DNA from: an uncultured virus (IMG/VR IMGVR_UViG_3300017971_000212)
Taxonomy: Duplodnaviria > Heunggongvirae > Uroviricota > Caudoviricetes
DNA length: 20,000 nucleotides
Virus record (IMG/VR): IMGVR_UViG_3300017971_000212
Strand: one strand, 5' to 3'
Each line of letters opens with the position of its first letter. Position 1 is the stretch's first letter. Positions 17,601 to 20,000 of this stretch are shown here, piece by piece. The notes under the pieces are model-generated. The model had not been told where the DNA came from and made no database searches. It saw nothing but the letters and a program-made list of their open reading frames with translations. Made by a program: the position numbers and the translations under genes.

Positions 17601-17736
17601 GGCAGTCTCGCCCGAGGAGGCCTGGCGCGGGCCGACGCGCTTCGCGGGGAACGTGACCGACGCGTGGCTCGCCCGCATCCGAAGCATCCATCCCGACGAT
17701 CCCGACCGCCCCGTCATCGTGCTCGACGCGGCCTGA
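11602..17736 (+). CDS. 2044-aa polyprotein: SH3-like, Ntn-hydrolase (C45/AAT-like), DNA topoisomerase IB catalytic domain, Cys-rich domain, GNAT acetyltransferase, long charged/coiled-coil region
   Basis: ATG 11602 with GAGGAGG at 11585-11591. Ntn: CIIAG...KTRDR...EGVNEHGIGIVN...TNH. TopIB: ERPGN, YVGKSG, VNEYL, TAKDLR, VGH, KSQY. GNAT: ISVRRDARGEGHARRAM...LTRWYEGMGF. Confidence 0.88.
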   Translation: MAALAQLALRVAARHLAADAYFEVGEEVLYGKFKNRRGRVVRIFDDERGVPSVEIEPIPKGRRQNRMVGLYGIWKLPEARKTAAMDREACIIAGRKFGDGLCLMKTRDRAYDPKLQVLHVERDGTEMAVVFDKTTGYLEGVNEHGIGIVNTTLMVVRDEQEGVKKTKGDKQKGPKRSKDGPKIFKALEAETLDDAIRSLVSFRGGIKGHTFVADGERMVCIERSGRHPAKIHRLDPTRVNTRTNHGVAYPDAGYTHGDDYVSSIVRRWEAQKRLQNVNNPEVVAPALVQAIHEADSPFNPVRCTDKMRTTSQLTIDTTNPTLYLYVIPGHADLSPPRNVLPDGRRPKIPVRTFRYRQRMEDRTEQPGRKTAREVLARYKSKKKVRSEDGDETTVYEYSERQVQHRNREKAERIERLRGSIGKLRAQLEKDIRSDDPKKRDVAAAVGLMDHTYERPGNDESASDGHYGVTNWKVRHVRFGDGQAKISYVGKSGVRQQKSVTDRDLVKALRAACADKGAEATCLDVSADEVNEYLRPFGVTAKDLRGLHANGEMKDRLRRVRREGGPLPEDPEKREEKLRKEFDRALDEAAETVGHEPSTLKSQYLVPGLEEDYKRDGTVSESHAKKAAEAVTDTASFYVIAPEALRGMLDDTDWLELAHDLWPGEGRPGGDAEVLVPEMERQVRESGGAVLDTGWDGGFDVGVRGKYDELGRIEPFDLPVREKGAVPPYGLRKSASLLRVAAEEGTSAERRILANALVAPVLVARTREWWLREAPHLYRIARDHEKPRPRIEGLEFPSNLFTILWYEDADGNDLGDGDLEGEPGAPEGAQYQHSQFPHVLHHNVLRLNDDGTSTDLGGGEASYPEDLVNAMVRSGDWDVGDAIMVAAQSCERCLNVLCHHYDLDDGYPFGSEEYWSAGTRCPMCENVHAPARTAATPNYEAYVERKRREGEPPLDRERWERRVLGVRDEEGPRDWDAHRRDVMRRHELDKLHAPYDPENKHLRIDLISVRRDARGEGHARRAMEEILGWADRAGATVTLTPTSEFGASKKRLTRWYEGMGFVPNKGRNKDFRFQDAMIRAPQVKTATKSDAELDEEAVEEMLREEPKKKPPRYDLRDNRPLEDDDEEDLEGLGGGDRGDRDLSLKWNKVGRRVAFRWLATPGRLSAVRTAMRHRAKVTPDSEFQKEIADKKFRHPETGNEVAFGSLPTEEQHRIFEEWKKKHAPKGEPAEGKEKPKEEPEGRSPEEIDQDISEAREAAKKLKGEIRDLKEKIGDAKKAIEDWTELTKGEVGEEMRKKGDAVIKEMKRIVLDAEDDIEYKTQDLKDARRRVQELKEEREDPTGAKAKKEQEEREQKEKRTRQAVKDTVAAMEKMLGRGSRLPQGTRQEIESALGDFDYPQLEAFALAFQGELKDLSGQDPTSPDVISMANRQAKIGFDVEGVTDPEELARRAAEVGYVTNVVANPMVVGGRPVGQTEMDDAARSARAREAFAQFENLHPKLQRMAAERIREELRGLDEDTDRAVELESILSAVDLAHVGQTGEALPGRPQPSAGNAALIKRMIADGNADRMFQTKKDFFSEGSREAMAQALEEMDDADVANFITGDDPSHPFYELSQSMRTEGAGEFNQMIKDFLIKDFLNDTWGDRAARDVMEAAGVEDWDSPEARAELLEESKRAGETPLGQVLEAKERVEAARAAGEEPSQDDLDLVSSYFEPEAGEGVVGNARALLGLLRDKFKKHVISPAVAVLNHFVKTRDPKVLSQETLPHPDERSPEPRPKEEREKARVEMPTEAEAPESKPGKPEVVAPEWAAEGRKPAEDLTPEKAMRRRIVLKSERQKLEAQREKAPPEERGKYDVKIRKLDKELERASVPKRPEKKAPEPEKKAPEPEKVKEPEVVRKRRKQLEKVKSVRDEARAALKEMEPAARKQLEQKLEKMDAAIRQVEEQHAEDEKHGPGDVWKTKGGNWRAKNEEGLSRSFKKRDEAETYARGEPEKEWSAEFKAVSPEEAWRGPTRFAGNVTDAWLARIRSIHPDDPDRPVIVLDAA
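17218..17268 (+). repeat. 21-bp in-frame tandem repeat (PEKKAPE x2.4)
   Basis: CCGGAGAAGAAGGCCCCTGAG at 17218-17238 and 17239-17259, plus partial CCGGAGAAG at 17260-17268. Confidence 0.9.
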
Positions 17737-17742
17737 CCGTAG

Positions 17743-17960
17743 TTTCAGGGAACGAAAACCACCCTGAAAACCCGGAGGGCCGGTTTCTTCTCGACGCTGG
17801 GTAGGCAAACCACCCTCGGAGCCCGCACTAGGGAGGTTTTTCCTACCTGCGAGTCAGGGTTTCAAGGTTCGTCGGGGGTTTGGTGCGCGCTACCGCTCCT
17901 CGGGAACTTCAAGGAGCGGAGGAGGGGATCTGTGAGTGACCTTGCGCCCCCTGAAACCCG
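17743..17960. other. non-coding region with several inverted repeats (terminator/regulatory element or structured RNA)
   Basis: TTTCAGGG(17743-50)/CCCTGAAA(17762-69). Imperfect long stem GGTAGG-c-AAACC-a-CCCT...AGGG-a-GGTTT-tt-CCTACC (17800-17847). CCGCTCCT(17893-900)/AGGAGCGG(17912-19). GGGTTTCA(17857-64)/TGAAACCC(17952-59). Confidence 0.55.
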
Positions 17961-17971
17961 GTTTGTGTCGA

Positions 17972-17985
17972 TTTTCCTCTTATAT
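17972..17985 (+). promoter_or_regulatory. possible phage promoter element TTTTC-N4-TAT
   Basis: AT-rich island TTTTCCTCTTATAT upstream of the gene at 18064. The same TTTTC-N4-TAT pattern occurs at 7751-7762, upstream of the gene at 7787. Only two instances. Confidence 0.3.
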
Positions 17986-18063
17986 GGGTCGCCAGATAGG
18001 ACAAGGGGCCCCCCTCTGGCGAGGGCGTCGCATGGCCCTGCTGCAGTCCTCAGGAGAACTTCG

Positions 18064-18567
18064 ATGCCGAAAAAGCTCAGCAAGCAAGGTGCCATGCAGG
18101 TCACGACCGACCTGGATCGAATCGCGTCCCTCTTCGAGCAGGAGCACGAGACGCTCGGGATCTCCGACAAGATCGCCGGCGACTTCGCGCTTCGCTGCGA
18201 CATCCTCTCGACCGCGGTGGAGAAGACCGCGGGCATCGAGCGCACCCCTGAGGGGAAGCTCAAGGACCCCGAGCTCCTCAAGCTCGCGCAGATGGACCCG
18301 ACCCAGAACTACACGGAGACCAAGGTCAAGCCGAACGAGTTCGATCCCTCCGAGATCGCCAAGGAGACCCCGGCCGCGCTCCTGCGGAACACCGACGAGC
18401 CGTACATGGACGTCTTCCGTCAGGACGAGTACGACCAGCTCCGCGAGGTCCAGCAGACGGGCATGTTCTCGAACGCCAAGACGGCCGCCGTCCTCGTGAA
18501 GAAGATGGCCGCCCTGCTGGCTCAGAACAACGTGCCCCTTCCCGTCGCACGTCAGCAGGCCGAGTAA
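18064..18567 (+). CDS. hypothetical protein, possibly head-associated (167 aa)
   Basis: AGGAG at 18052-18056 before ATG 18064 (MPKKLSKQG), where the coding-type codon bias begins. Contains KTAG and KTAA motifs. Confidence 0.78.
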   Translation: MPKKLSKQGAMQVTTDLDRIASLFEQEHETLGISDKIAGDFALRCDILSTAVEKTAGIERTPEGKLKDPELLKLAQMDPTQNYTETKVKPNEFDPSEIAKETPAALLRNTDEPYMDVFRQDEYDQLREVQQTGMFSNAKTAAVLVKKMAALLAQNNVPLPVARQQAE

Positions 18568-18592
18568 CCCCTTCCTGGTCGGTTCTCTGCCC

Positions 18593-19522
18593 ATGCAGAC
18601 GCCCAGCAACATCGACCGTCTCGCCGGTCTCGAGGCGGAGCTAGTCAAGGCGCAGAAGGAGGCGGAGACGGTCGCGGGCTCGGTCGGGAAGGAGAACCCG
18701 GCCGGGGTCTCCCAGCTCAAGGCGGCCGCCAAGGAGCTGGGAGAGAAGCGTCGTCACGTCGTCGCCGCGCGAGAGGCCCTGCTGGAATTCGACGGCTACC
18801 TCCGAGCTAGGCAGGAGCTCGGGCGCCAGGAGTCCGACGATCCCGAGAAGCAGGGGCGTGCCGACCGGTTCGTCGGGGCCATCGGACAGCGGATGGCGGC
18901 GCGGATCGAGGAGGTCGTCGGGCGCCTCAGCGACGAGGTCATGGGCGACGTGTCTCACGTCTCCTCGGTCGTCCAGACGATCCGCTCCGTCCAGGACTCG
19001 GCCGCGCGCACGAAGGCGGCCGAGGAGTGTGCCGCCCAGGTCGAGAAGATCCTGGCGGCGGCCAGGAAGGCGGTCGACAAGGCCGTCGAGGGGCGCCTCC
19101 CCGAGCCCGAGATCGAGGAGGGGCTCGTCGACGACGTCGACGACGTGGAGGAGGCCGAGGAGATCGAAGTCGCCCCCGCGGACGATCACGGGTACGACCT
19201 CACCGCCTCCAAGATGTCCGACTTCATCAAGGAGAAGATCGAGGAGCGGGAGAAGGAGAAGGGGGACGAGGAGGGCAAGGAGAAGGGCGAGAAGCCGAAG
19301 AAGGGCGAGGTCCCTCCGCAGTTCCTCGAACACATGAAGAAGAAGAAGGCCGACGGCCACGGCTACGACCTCACGGCCGAGTCGCGCGTTCCGGGCAACG
19401 AGTCCAAGGGACCGAAGGAGCTGGAAGAGGAGGACGAGGGTTGGGTCCCGGGTCACCGCACGCAGAAGAAGGCGTATGCCCTCACCGACGACGAGCCTCA
19501 CGGCTACAGGCTGGACGCGTAG
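18593..19522 (+). CDS. hypothetical scaffold-like protein (309 aa): helical N-terminus, acidic/Lys-rich tail with three HGYxLxA repeats
   Basis: Strong GC3 bias. Repeats HGYDLTA (19187), HGYDLTA (19358) and HGYRLDA (19499). The scaffold role is inferred from composition and context. Confidence 0.7.
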   Translation: MQTPSNIDRLAGLEAELVKAQKEAETVAGSVGKENPAGVSQLKAAAKELGEKRRHVVAAREALLEFDGYLRARQELGRQESDDPEKQGRADRFVGAIGQRMAARIEEVVGRLSDEVMGDVSHVSSVVQTIRSVQDSAARTKAAEECAAQVEKILAAARKAVDKAVEGRLPEPEIEEGLVDDVDDVEEAEEIEVAPADDHGYDLTASKMSDFIKEKIEEREKEKGDEEGKEKGEKPKKGEVPPQFLEHMKKKKADGHGYDLTAESRVPGNESKGPKELEEEDEGWVPGHRTQKKAYALTDDEPHGYRLDA

Positions 19523-19530
19523 GAGCACCG

Positions 19531-20000
19531 ATGCACAGACGTCAGGCGGATGAGGGCAACTGGCAGGCACGGGGGCAGGAGTTCGCCGTCGGCCAGTCCG
19601 TCAGGATGGTCAACGGGGGCTCGACCGACGAGGGCCGCGTGGTGGCCGTCTGGCCGGGCATCGGCATGGTGGACGTGCAGTTCCCGCACACGAGCTACAG
19701 GATGCCCGTCGAGAGCCTGCAGATCGTGAGTCCGGGCGACGACTCGTTCGTCACGCCCCTCCACGAGATGGTCCCGGGAGGGGCCGGAACCGTGGCCGAG
19801 GTGCCCGAGGGTGCCCTGGCGGAGGACCTTATCACGGCCGAGGAACCGCGCGTAGAGCTCGTCCACGAGGTCGGTCCCCTCGAGGAGCTCCGCAGGCAGG
19901 CGAGCATGGCGTCGAGGGTCGCCCGGGCCTTCGTCAAGAAGTCCCTCTACTGGCACGCCCGCGACCGCAAGTACCGGGTGAGCCGCGAGGAGCACGACAA
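19531..20000 (+). CDS. 5' part of a hypothetical protein with an SH3/KOW-like N-terminal domain (runs off the window)
   Basis: AGGAG at 19521-19525, ATG 19531, open to the window end: MHRRQADEGNWQARGQEFAVGQSVRMVNGGSTDEGRVVAVWPGIGMVDVQFP...RRQASMASRVARAFVKKSLYW. Not in the ORF track because it has no stop here. Confidence 0.8.
   Translation, partial: MHRRQADEGNWQARGQEFAVGQSVRMVNGGSTDEGRVVAVWPGIGMVDVQFPHTSYRMPVESLQIVSPGDDSFVTPLHEMVPGGAGTVAEVPEGALAEDLITAEEPRVELVHEVGPLEELRRQASMASRVARAFVKKSLYWHARDRKYRVSREEHD

Noticed and set aside
17737..18050. tRNA gene in the intergenic region, suggested by the nearby CCA-family enzyme
   Set aside because: I could not build a cloverleaf with a proper T-loop and acceptor stem by eye. 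tRNAscan-SE or ARAGORN would settle it.

Overview
High-GC (~68-70% by eye), gene-dense, all plus-strand segment that reads as the DNA-packaging/head module of a large tailed phage or prophage. It carries a candidate small terminase, a clear large terminase (1600-3501) and a portal-like gene with a 533-aa LAGLIDADG intein (4296-7745). Two multi-enzyme polyproteins follow the portal. The first (7787-10351) has Zn-finger-like, SH3-like, 2H phosphoesterase and class II CCA-adding/poly(A) polymerase-family domains. Its nucleotidyltransferase is split in two by a free-standing NUMOD3/Vsr-like endonuclease gene (10354-11181), and the C-terminal part restarts at 11174. The second (11602-17736, 2044 aa) has SH3-like, Ntn-hydrolase, topoisomerase IB, Cys-rich, GNAT and coiled-coil parts. 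Domain junctions repeatedly carry [K/R]-x-A motifs (mostly KTA) and an RVAxR(Y/H/W)L-like helix. This suggests a capsid-targeted, protease-processed enzyme cargo system, which is inference and not demonstrated. A structured non-coding region (17737-18050) and three scaffold/head-like genes end the window. No rRNA, tRNA or CRISPR array was recognised. All family calls come from motifs read by eye, with no database search.
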